DNA of 34,157 nucleotides from Calditrichia bacterium (GTDB taxonomy: Bacteria > Calditrichota > Calditrichia > JAJRVZ01). Positions 27,200 through 34,157 of this stretch are shown in pieces; the first letter of the stretch is position 1; each line of letters starts with the position of its first letter. The notes below the pieces were generated by a model that was given only the letters and a program-made list of their open reading frames with translations, searched no databases and was not told the DNA's origin. The DNA lies in contig JAGLYF010000052.1 of the NCBI GenBank assembly GCA_023132435.1, positions 1 to 34,157 on the forward strand, given 5' to 3'. The position numbers and the translations under genes were made by a program.

Positions 27200-28434
27200 A
27201 AGGATAGTTCAACCCTGGCAAAATACTGATCGGGAAAACCACCATACTCCGTGCCCGGATCTCCTCCGGAGGGAAAAGCAAGAAGAAACAAGTCCCAGTT
27301 TGTAGCGACAGAATATTGTAATGACGGAGCGGTAATCCAAGACTTGTCATTGGGATTAAATATGACAAAAAAGTCACCCCGGAGTAGAGGCGTAATCTGG
27401 TAGGCAAATTCCTGAAAAATTGACTGACGGGCCGGTGTCAACTCACCGGTATAAACGATATCCAATCTACGAGATCCGGCATTTTCTGTTGTACCGAGAC
27501 CGTTATATATATACTCGGTATGAATATAAAAACTATTCTTAAAGGTATAATCATATGAAAGAACAAATGTCCAATACGGATTCTCAACTATCTCGGTTCG
27601 GTAAAAATCAAGTGGTGAAGTAAAATTCAGGTTTATTGTGGTATATTCGATATTGGGATCTGTATAAAGAACTTCTCCTCTAAAACCACCATCATACAAC
27701 TCTCCTGCCCAACTGGCTGCCAGGCGTAAACTGTTCAGTTGCCAGCCGGCTATAAAATTAAAGTCATAATTCCAGTTATTGGTCATATACCGGCCAGCGT
27801 ACACAACCTCATAACGTGTCCGACCAGGTGTCACTGCAATATTAAATTGTGAAAGCGGTCCGGTATAATACTGGACATGTAACGCATCTGCTCCCGGTCT
27901 TTCTTCATAATCAAAATCCAATATATCAAAAGGATTAAATAAATCCGTCGGATTCCAGACCAGACAGGTTCCCCAGGCAATACGTTGTCTACCGAAAATC
28001 ACTTCCCAATCTTTATAAATCCAGTCAAAATAGAGTCGATCAATCTCAGAAAACCCATAGATATCCTCTTTTTCAAGCCATTCATATTTAAGATCGAAAT
28101 AATAACTTCCGCCGGTGTTAAGTTCCTCCTGGAATCTTCTTAACAGATCGGAATTTTCTTGATACATTAAAAGAGTGCGGGTCTGTACGCATGTGGTAAA
28201 ATTATCTTCAAGATACATAAACAAATTTAAACGTAACTGCGTCGTATTCTGCCACCTTCCAACATCAACCGGCAGCCATTCAATTTCACCATCGGCATAG
28301 GTAATCAGGTTCTTGGCATATCCACCAAAATCCCATATTGACATTTGTCCGCAAACAGGGGTAGATGACATTAGCAATAGCAAAACCGGTAGAGTACTTC
28401 GTCTAAAAATAAATATGGCCATTTGTTGAAACAC
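27196..28434 (-). CDS. outer-membrane beta-barrel protein (last gene of ABC/FtsX operon)
   Basis: A signal peptide ends in VCGQ. The body is aromatic-rich and beta-stranded, and the C-terminus ARVELSF ends in Phe. It is not TolC-like. Confidence 0.5.
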   Translation of the reverse strand: MFQQMAIFIFRRSTLPVLLLLMSSTPVCGQMSIWDFGGYAKNLITYADGEIEWLPVDVGRWQNTTQLRLNLFMYLEDNFTTCVQTRTLLMYQENSDLLRRFQEELNTGGSYYFDLKYEWLEKEDIYGFSEIDRLYFDWIYKDWEVIFGRQRIAWGTCLVWNPTDLFNPFDILDFDYEERPGADALHVQYYTGPLSQFNIAVTPGRTRYEVVYAGRYMTNNWNYDFNFIAGWQLNSLRLAASWAGELYDGGFRGEVLYTDPNIEYTTINLNFTSPLDFYRTEIVENPYWTFVLSYDYTFKNSFYIHTEYIYNGLGTTENAGSRRLDIVYTGELTPARQSIFQEFAYQITPLLRGDFFVIFNPNDKSWITAPSLQYSVATNWDLFLLAFPSGGDPGTEYGGFPDQYFARVELSF

Positions 28435-28443
28435 TCTGTCCTG

Positions 28444-29145
28444 TTATTGTTTTTTTTCTGGTGTGACCACTTTATCCTCGACAATTTTGCCATCCTGTAA
28501 AGAAACTATCCGACGCGCTCGACGCATTACTCTGGCATCGTGTGTAGAGAATATGAATGTCATAACATATTTATCGTTTAACTCCTCCATCAGATCGAGA
28601 AGTGATTCTGCTGATTCTGTATCGAGGTTGGCTGTCGGTTCATCGGCAAGCACAAAGGCCGGTCGTGAAGCCAGTGCCCGTGCCACGGCAACACGTTGTT
28701 GTTCACCTCCGGATAACTGTGCCGGACGCGAATTAATCCGTTCACTCAGGCCGACTTGCTTTAACAGATCAATTGCCCGGTTCTCCCTTTCTTTTTTATT
28801 CACGCCTTGCAGAAGCATAATAAATTCGACATTTTCTCTGGCTGTAAATACAGGTATCAGGTTATAGGCCTGAAACACAAAACCAATATGTCCGAGTCGG
28901 TAATCAACAAGTTTACTTTGTGGCATGGTTGATAAATCAATTCCATCAATTACTACTTTTCCACTCGTGGGCTTATCAAGACCTCCGATGATATTTAGAA
29001 GGGTTGTTTTTCCTGAACCTGACGGTCCCACTACCGCCATGAATTCCTGTTTCTCAATATTACAGGTGACATCCCTGACTGCATGCACAGGTACAGCCGA
29101 TGTATTGTAGATTCTATCCAGATTGGTGATTTCTATAAGTGCCAT
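28444..29145 (-). CDS. ABC transporter ATP-binding protein (LolD/MacB-ATPase type)
   Basis: Walker A GPSGSGKTTL, the Q-loop, the signature LSGGEQQRVAVARAL, Walker B LADEPT and the H-loop are all present. RBS GAGGA. Confidence 0.9.
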   Translation of the reverse strand: MALIEITNLDRIYNTSAVPVHAVRDVTCNIEKQEFMAVVGPSGSGKTTLLNIIGGLDKPTSGKVVIDGIDLSTMPQSKLVDYRLGHIGFVFQAYNLIPVFTARENVEFIMLLQGVNKKERENRAIDLLKQVGLSERINSRPAQLSGGEQQRVAVARALASRPAFVLADEPTANLDTESAESLLDLMEELNDKYVMTFIFSTHDARVMRRARRIVSLQDGKIVEDKVVTPEKKQ

Positions 29146-29187
29146 TTTAGATTCCTCTATTTATAATTTATTAATGCTCAATTTTAC

Positions 29188-30402
29188 TTAATAAGTCCTG
29201 ATCGCTTCCGAAGGTACCAGATGTGTTGCTTTCCATGCCGGCAATAAGGCGGCAATATTTGCCGCAATGACTATCATAATTGTCAGAATTATGTACATCA
29301 TCGCCGGCAGAAACGGATAGAGTATGGTTGTTGCACCAAAACTTTCCAGACTCCCGGAAATGGCAGTCAGATCAATACCATTATTACCGTAATATGCAAT
29401 AGTTAAAACTCCTACACCAATACCACAGAACCCACCTGTTAATGAAAGTAGTACTGATTCCAATACAATCATGATAAATACTTTACTCTTTTTCATCCCA
29501 ATCGCGATAAGAACGCCAAGTTCGCGAATTCGATCAACTACGGACATGAGCATCGTATTTGTAATGCCAAATAACAGGGCAAATAAGATAATACCAACAA
29601 AGATGTACATATAGATACCGGTTGTTTGTGAAAGGTAAGCCAGTTCCGGTGCCATGTCCTTCCAGCTCTCTACTTGTAAATTGCTAAACAGGATCAGAAG
29701 ATTATCTCTGACAAGATCAATAGTTTCTACCGATTCTGACCTTATAGCTATTTCATGGATGATTGGATCCGATTCCAGTATCCGAAACATATCACCTTGT
29801 GCTACATAGACATTCATTTCATCAAATTGAGAAGAATTTGTTTTAAATATGCCCACTACGCGACAGGCAATATAGGCAATCCCTCCTTCCAGATTCTGAA
29901 AACTAAGAACAACCTTTGAGCGAAGTTTTAAATTCAATCGTTCTGCCAGTTTCCTCCCAATCAGGATTGGATTTTTACGGTCTGACTTAAAATACGAGCC
30001 CTCAATAAGTTTGGCATAAATATCTGTAACCTGTTTTGAATCTTCCGGTACTATCCCAATAATTTCCACACCGTAAGAAGATGAAGGAGATGCCGCCATG
30101 CCGATAATCTTTGTCCGACCAGATGCCGCCCGGATGCCTTTAACCGATCGGATGTTGTCCAGAACATTTATTCCATCAGGAATAAAATTGCGCACATCTT
30201 TATCCTTATCATAATCCTTCTTATGAATCTGGATATGTGACAGATCTCTGCTTATCGCTGTCTCTACCATCGATTCCATCATTCCTACCATAATCGCACT
30301 TGAGAATATCCCCCCCCATAAACCGAAGGTGATTGCCGCGATAATTATCAGACTGCGTTTTTTATTACGCCAGATATTTTTCCAGGCGAGAGAAAGTAAC
30401 AT
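29188..30402 (-). CDS. ABC transporter permease, FtsX/LolC/E family
   Basis: N-terminal MLLSLAWKNIWRNKKRS, a TM1, a large periplasmic domain and a C-terminal 3-TM FtsX domain. AAGGAG lies upstream. Confidence 0.85.
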   Translation of the reverse strand: MLLSLAWKNIWRNKKRSLIIIAAITFGLWGGIFSSAIMVGMMESMVETAISRDLSHIQIHKKDYDKDKDVRNFIPDGINVLDNIRSVKGIRAASGRTKIIGMAASPSSSYGVEIIGIVPEDSKQVTDIYAKLIEGSYFKSDRKNPILIGRKLAERLNLKLRSKVVLSFQNLEGGIAYIACRVVGIFKTNSSQFDEMNVYVAQGDMFRILESDPIIHEIAIRSESVETIDLVRDNLLILFSNLQVESWKDMAPELAYLSQTTGIYMYIFVGIILFALLFGITNTMLMSVVDRIRELGVLIAIGMKKSKVFIMIVLESVLLSLTGGFCGIGVGVLTIAYYGNNGIDLTAISGSLESFGATTILYPFLPAMMYIILTIMIVIAANIAALLPAWKATHLVPSEAIRTY

Positions 30403-30429
30403 GTATTACTCCTTTTATGTTTTGAGACT

Positions 30430-30560
30430 TGGTACTCGGTGCTCGGTTCTCGTTACTGGTTTCTTAAATCAACAACCCCCTTAGTCCCCCTTTTTTAAGG
30501 GGGAACAGAGCATTCGCAACCAGTATCGAGTATCCAGTATCCAGCATCGAGTATCTACCC
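30430..30560. repeat. imperfect palindromic repeat array: GTNCTCG heptamer repeats / central CCCCCTT..AAGGGGG hairpin / inverted CGAGTAT repeats
   Basis: The left arm reads GGTACTCGGTGCTCGGTTCTCG and the right arm CAGTATCGAGTATCCAGTATCCAGCATCGAGTATC. The right arm is the reverse complement of the same heptamer family. The array lies between the two permease genes. Confidence 0.55.
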
Positions 30561-31769
30561 CCTTATCGTTTTCGCCGGATCCAGACGCCGGACAAATAAT
30601 AAGGGATATATAATAGTTACGATAGCGATAATTAGCACAACCAGAGCCTGGGAAATAAATATAGAAGGTTGTGCACTAAAATTTAGAATCGGTTCAATGC
30701 TTAACTGATCGTATAATTCTGCCATTTCTCCACTGAGATTTATTGGGTTGTGAACCAGATAAAAAATAATCGGCATACTGCCCAGAATACCAATAACAAC
30801 ACCAACAAAGGAAACCATAAATGTCTCGATAGCCAAGATCAGTAATAGTCGCCGTCTTCTCATCCCAACCGAAATCAAAATGGCAAATTCTTTGGCTCTT
30901 TCAGACACCATCATCATCACAGTTCCAAAGACACCAAAAGCGATAACAATATAGAGAATAGCCAGCATGATGATCCCACTGACATTATCAACCTCAATAT
31001 TCTGTTCTAAATCCGGCAGCATTTCATTCCAGAGCATCGATTTTTGTCCTTCAACTAATAACTGGTTGACAGATTCTTCAACTTCTTCCAAATGATGGAT
31101 ATTGTCGATAAGGATTGGTAGTGATGTAATCCTGTCTTCACAGGAAAAAATCTCCTGGGCAAGTGGAAGTGGCAAAAGAATCATTGCATTATTCATTGCC
31201 TTAAATGGTAATTTTACGATACCGCTGATCGGTACTATGGCTGCGGCAATTTGACCATGGTAGCCCTGACCGTAGATTACAATACTATCCCCAATATCAG
31301 ATTTGAGCATGCCTGCCAGTCCGGATCCCATTAAAAGCCCCCTCGAATCATTATTCAGGTATGTACCCTTGATCAGTTTCTCCTTTACTTCTGTGATTTT
31401 GTCTTCAAGGATCGGTTCGATTCCGATTACCTGGGAGACTTTTGTTGTCGTTTCATGTGATATAAGAGCAAAGGCCTCAAGCCGTGGCGTGATATGAGTT
31501 ACATAGGGGATTTTGGTTAACTTGTCAAAGGTGGTTTTATCGATTACAATGCTTTCATCCAGCGATCGCTTTTCCCAATAGTCCTCACCCTGTATTTGCA
31601 GATATCCGGTGAATAATTTTGCTGATGAATCGATCATATAACTATATGATCCCAGCTGTGCCGAACGCATCACTGCGGCAAGTATCACTGCAAAAAACAC
31701 GGAAGAAGCGACGATGATCGTACGTTTTTTATTTCGCCAGATATTCCGCCAACTTAGAGAGATGTACAT
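30555..31769 (-). CDS. ABC transporter permease, FtsX family (second)
   Basis: Start refined to the ATG at 31769 (AAGAGGA RBS; MYISLSWRNIWRNKKRT parallels the N-terminus of its paralog). The track ORF extends to 31871, but that extension has no RBS. Confidence 0.8.
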   Translation of the reverse strand: MYISLSWRNIWRNKKRTIIVASSVFFAVILAAVMRSAQLGSYSYMIDSSAKLFTGYLQIQGEDYWEKRSLDESIVIDKTTFDKLTKIPYVTHITPRLEAFALISHETTTKVSQVIGIEPILEDKITEVKEKLIKGTYLNNDSRGLLMGSGLAGMLKSDIGDSIVIYGQGYHGQIAAAIVPISGIVKLPFKAMNNAMILLPLPLAQEIFSCEDRITSLPILIDNIHHLEEVEESVNQLLVEGQKSMLWNEMLPDLEQNIEVDNVSGIIMLAILYIVIAFGVFGTVMMMVSERAKEFAILISVGMRRRRLLLILAIETFMVSFVGVVIGILGSMPIIFYLVHNPINLSGEMAELYDQLSIEPILNFSAQPSIFISQALVVLIIAIVTIIYPLLFVRRLDPAKTIRG

Positions 31770-31901
31770 TATGTTTTCCTCTTTTACTATAAACAATATG
31801 AACCGACTTGAATATAGAATATCGAACAAGGAATTATGAATAACGAAGTTAAATAAATCCGTAAGATACAATTAATTACTTGATACTCGTACCGATTACT
31901 T

Positions 31902-32276
31902 TTACTCATTTTTCAAATTTTTAAGCGCAGTTTCCACACTTTTTACAAATATTGATATTAATTCATCATTTTCTGTAAGCACTTCGTTAATCAAGTCATC
32001 GGATTTATGCAATTTTGCTATTGAAATGATTTTTAAACAAATGAATGATTCTCTCAATTCTTTTAGTGAAATTTTCATTTTATGAATAAAATCTTTTCTT
32101 GATTCTGCACTTTGTGCTTCACCATAATTTAATGCCGGTGAAGTCCCAGATTTAACCAATTGTCCGGCAAGATGTATCCCTGCTTTCGTATTTGGCATAG
32201 ATTCAACAATCTTAATAATTAATACGGCAAAAGCTATCAGACGATCTTCGAGATCAAATTTCTTCATCTTATCCAT
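31902..32276 (-). CDS. four-helix-bundle protein (TIGR02436; '23S rRNA intervening-sequence protein' family)
   Basis: The family hallmarks are present: LEDRLIAFAVLIIKIV...AGQLVKSGTSPALNYGEAQSAESRKDFIHKMKISLKELRES. Confidence 0.8.
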   Translation of the reverse strand: MDKMKKFDLEDRLIAFAVLIIKIVESMPNTKAGIHLAGQLVKSGTSPALNYGEAQSAESRKDFIHKMKISLKELRESFICLKIISIAKLHKSDDLINEVLTENDELISIFVKSVETALKNLKNE

Positions 32277-32352
32277 TATTCACTCCTTTATAAAAATTCA
32301 CCATATTCATTACTTCATCATTCCTTGTTCGACATTCAATATTCGGTGTTCG

Positions 32353-33099
32353 TCACCTTACTCGTCGCATATTTTGTTGTGAGAAAAAAGATTCATCGAT
32401 ATTCATATTGAACTCAATATTTTTATACTCCATCACTGTTTTTTGTCCTGGTTCGTCGTGTGGAATCATTTCCCAATGGGCTGGAATCGTTCTTCCTCCC
32501 ATTTTTTTGATATCACTTCCAATCATAGATTTTATCAACACCATATCCTCATCATAATGATCAGCTCTAAGTTGTAAATAACCCTCTTTGGAGATCCAGG
32601 TAATGATTTTGCTCCACACCACACCTGCCTCCGGCTTTGGAGTCAATTCCACTTTGTAACAGTCATAACCATCCACTTCTTCTTCTCCAATGATTGCATG
32701 AGTATAGTCCTCAACAATCGAGGATTGGCGCACCAGATCATCATTGGTGAAGTCTGAGCCCATCCAGGACTGCATCATCATAGAAGGAGGTATCTTGATT
32801 ACTCTGTTCACGCTGGGGATCCAGTTCCACACTTCCTTTTCTCTTTTCAGGGTTACAGTTCCTTTATCTTTTGCCGGATCGGTGATAAGAATTAACGCAT
32901 AATCCGGTTCCAGTGACCATACTTTCATCGTCATTTCTCTGGACCAGGAAGGTTTGATAATAGCCATACTCATTTCCGTATAACTGCTGGTTGCCCGGAT
33001 TAATTCATTTGCTTTGGCAACAATCTCTTTTGCATCTTGAGCTTGTATGAATGACACCAGAATTAATAATGCCATTGATATTTTTATAATATTTCTCAT
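32353..33099 (-). CDS. outer-membrane lipoprotein-sorting (LolA-like) protein
   Basis: Start refined to 33099 (AAGGGAGAG RBS; signal MRNIIKISMALLILVSFIQA-QD). MKVWSLEPDYALILITDPAKDKGTVTLK...RVIKIPPSMMMQSWMGSDFTNDDL matches the LolA-like/DUF4292-type family commonly encoded next to FtsX ABC systems. Confidence 0.6.
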   Translation of the reverse strand: MRNIIKISMALLILVSFIQAQDAKEIVAKANELIRATSSYTEMSMAIIKPSWSREMTMKVWSLEPDYALILITDPAKDKGTVTLKREKEVWNWIPSVNRVIKIPPSMMMQSWMGSDFTNDDLVRQSSIVEDYTHAIIGEEEVDGYDCYKVELTPKPEAGVVWSKIITWISKEGYLQLRADHYDEDMVLIKSMIGSDIKKMGGRTIPAHWEMIPHDEPGQKTVMEYKNIEFNMNIDESFFSQQNMRRVR

Positions 33100-33117
33100 C
33101 CTACTCTCCCTTACTTG

Positions 33118-33233
33118 GTCCTCGGTTCTCGGCACTCGGTACTCGGTACTCCTTTTTCCTTACTTAGTACCAGCTTCGAGAAACGAGAAGCGAGAAGCAA
33201 TTCACAATTCCAAATTCCGAGTTCCGAATTCCA
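33118..33233. repeat. intergenic dispersed repeat (CTCGGTACTCGG heptamer array + inverted CGAGAAG array + GGAATTCGGAACTCGGAATT block)
   Basis: The left part GGTCCTCGGTTCTCGGCACTCGGTACTCGGTACTCC resembles 30430-30452. The right part is the reverse complement of 26922-26976. It lies between tetR and the LolA-like gene. Confidence 0.55.
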
Positions 33234-33246
33234 AATGTATAATTTA

Positions 33247-33864
33247 TCATTCCCTCTTCCTTATTCCCTCTATAAAACTATCTAAAAGGACAACAGATAC
33301 TTTTCGCAGGTTAATAGCTTTACGATCCATAATCCACTGCAACATGACCCCATCAAGGGCTCCGATCAGAACGGAGGCGGTTGATTTTGTATCCATCGGT
33401 TTAAACACACCTTTTTCAATTCCTTTTTTCAGGATCTTTTGTATCATTTTGCGATAGTTAGAGTAAACCCCTTTTAAATTTATCACATCCAGAATATCCT
33501 GATTTTTATTTCTTATCCCTTCCGCCCAAAATTCCATCATGATATCAGCAAATTCTTCTCCGATATGCACAAAGGCATCGAGAGAAATCGTTAATATTAA
33601 CTCCAATTGTTTTAAGGGATCATCCTCTTTTGATAAAGCCTCCTGAACCATTGACTCCATCGTTTTAGAAAAATAGGTATAGGCGCTGGTAAAGATCTCT
33701 TCCTTACTCCTGAAATACTCATAAATAGTACCTTTGCCCACACCGGCCGTAGTTGCGATATCGATTATTTTCGTTTTAACAACGCCTTTATGGGCAAAAA
33801 CCTGCATTGCTGCATTCAAGATTTCCATCTTTTTTGCCTCTTTGTCAACAATTTTTGGCATCAT
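33247..33864 (-). CDS. TetR/AcrR-family transcriptional regulator
   Basis: The N-terminal HTH IIDIATTAGVGKGTIYEYFRSKEEIF is canonical for TetR. The track uses a GTG at 33867. ATG codons at 33864 and 33861 are more likely starts. Confidence 0.9.
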   Translation of the reverse strand: MMPKIVDKEAKKMEILNAAMQVFAHKGVVKTKIIDIATTAGVGKGTIYEYFRSKEEIFTSAYTYFSKTMESMVQEALSKEDDPLKQLELILTISLDAFVHIGEEFADIMMEFWAEGIRNKNQDILDVINLKGVYSNYRKMIQKILKKGIEKGVFKPMDTKSTASVLIGALDGVMLQWIMDRKAINLRKVSVVLLDSFIEGIRKRE

Positions 33865-33888
33865 CACTCCAAATAATATTTTATTATG

Positions 33889-33902
33889 ACCGACCGGTCG
33901 GT
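33889..33902. promoter_or_regulatory. perfect 14-bp palindrome ACCGACCGGTCGGT upstream of tetR (candidate TetR operator)
   Basis: The perfect palindrome lies about 25 bp upstream of the tetR start, where autoregulatory TetR operators usually sit. Confidence 0.5.
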
Positions 33903-33965
33903 ATTATATTATTAAATTTTTTCATACTTGTCAATAGATTTTTTAATATTTTTTCTTTTGGGTAC

Positions 33966-34049
33966 GGTCCCGCCCATCAGGTTGTTGCAGAATACACAAT
34001 ATTCAACAATATTACTGTGCCTTTCTCACAAATTGTCATTCCCGCGGAA
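33966..34049. repeat. MITE/REP-like intergenic element, copy 2
   Basis: About 90% identical to 15729-15808 and ends in the hairpin TCCCGC-GGAA-GCGGGA. Confidence 0.6.
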
Positions 34050-34086
34050 GCGGGAATCCATTGAAAAACAACCTTTTACGTAAAAA

Positions 34087-34157
34087 ATATTTGGATCCCT
34101 GCTGGAGTTTAACCCTTTGGATTCCTGCTAGAGTTTATCCCTTTGAGATTCCCGCTT
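34087..34157. repeat. 26-bp tandem direct repeat (2.5+ units) running off window end
   Basis: TGGATCCCTGCTGGAGTTTAACCCTT / TGGATTCCTGCTAGAGTTTATCCCTT / TGAGATTCCCGCTT... The units are contiguous with no spacers. Confidence 0.5.

Noticed and set aside
28463-29110. Plus-strand ORFs (134 and 61 aa) inside the ABC ATPase gene
   Set aside because: They are antisense to a gene with complete Walker A/B and signature motifs. They are spurious.
30484-30504. CCCCCTT-TTTT-AAGGGGG hairpin as an intrinsic terminator between the permease genes
   Set aside because: On the coding (minus) strand no U-run follows the hairpin, and it is embedded in the larger palindromic repeat. I treat it as part of the repeat element rather than as a terminator.
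31770-31871. 34-aa N-terminal extension of the second FtsX permease
   Set aside because: The extension is unconserved relative to the paralog. The internal ATG at 31769 has an AAGAGGA RBS and restores the conserved N-terminal motif.
33100-33135. 12-aa extension (MPRTEDQVRESR) of the LolA-like ORF
   Set aside because: The extension overlaps the heptamer repeat array. The ATG at 33099 has an AAGGGAGAG RBS and starts a typical signal peptide.
33807-34064. 85-aa ORF ending ...VAEYTIFNNITVPFSQIVIPAEAGIH
   Set aside because: It overlaps the tetR start and promoter and reads through the second MITE-like copy in a different frame from the ORF that crosses copy 1. The repeat is therefore non-coding.
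34087-34157. Possible CRISPR array at the window end
   Set aside because: The repeats are directly contiguous with no unique spacers, and no cas genes are nearby. It is a tandem repeat, not CRISPR.

Overview
This 34 kb window looks like bacterial chromosome at roughly 38-40% GC. Most genes have AAGGAG-type Shine-Dalgarno sites, and three genes carry T9SS C-terminal sorting domains, so the source is probably a non-Bacteroidia member of the FCB superphylum (Ignavibacteria, Calditrichota or a candidate-phylum relative). This placement is inference only.

Housekeeping genes: rsgA, an M16 zinc peptidase, cspA with a strong terminator, a rho that lacks the N-terminal helix bundle and overlaps a URO-D-like gene, an ICMT-family methyltransferase, an SPFH/band-7 protein, an AlkA-like HhH-GPD glycosylase, a LOG-family hydrolase and a divergent thymidylate-synthase-fold protein.

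Accessory content:
(i) Three tandem minus-strand paralogs encode T9SS cargo proteins. One carries seven copies of a roughly 48-aa repeat I do not recognise, one is a collapsed single-repeat version, and one is a VIT+VWA protein. Their 3' ends are near-identical at the DNA level, and each stop codon is followed by an ATCCTGTCAAAT motif.
(ii) A minus-strand operon reads tetR, LolA-like, four-helix-bundle protein, FtsX permease, FtsX permease, ABC ATPase, outer-membrane barrel. A perfect 14-bp palindrome sits upstream of tetR.
(iii) A gene-decay zone at 22.7-27.2 kb holds a frameshifted nitroreductase, a beta-lactamase-family C-terminal fragment and a 54-aa DUF190 5' fragment. An orphan pair of small minus-strand genes sits among them.
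(iv) Intergenic regions are unusually rich in small palindromic (MITE/REP-like) repeats. There are at least four sequence families, several with doubled sub-motifs in each arm and two occurring in more than one copy within the window.

I found no rRNA, tRNA or CRISPR array. A 26-bp tandem repeat runs off the 3' end of the window.
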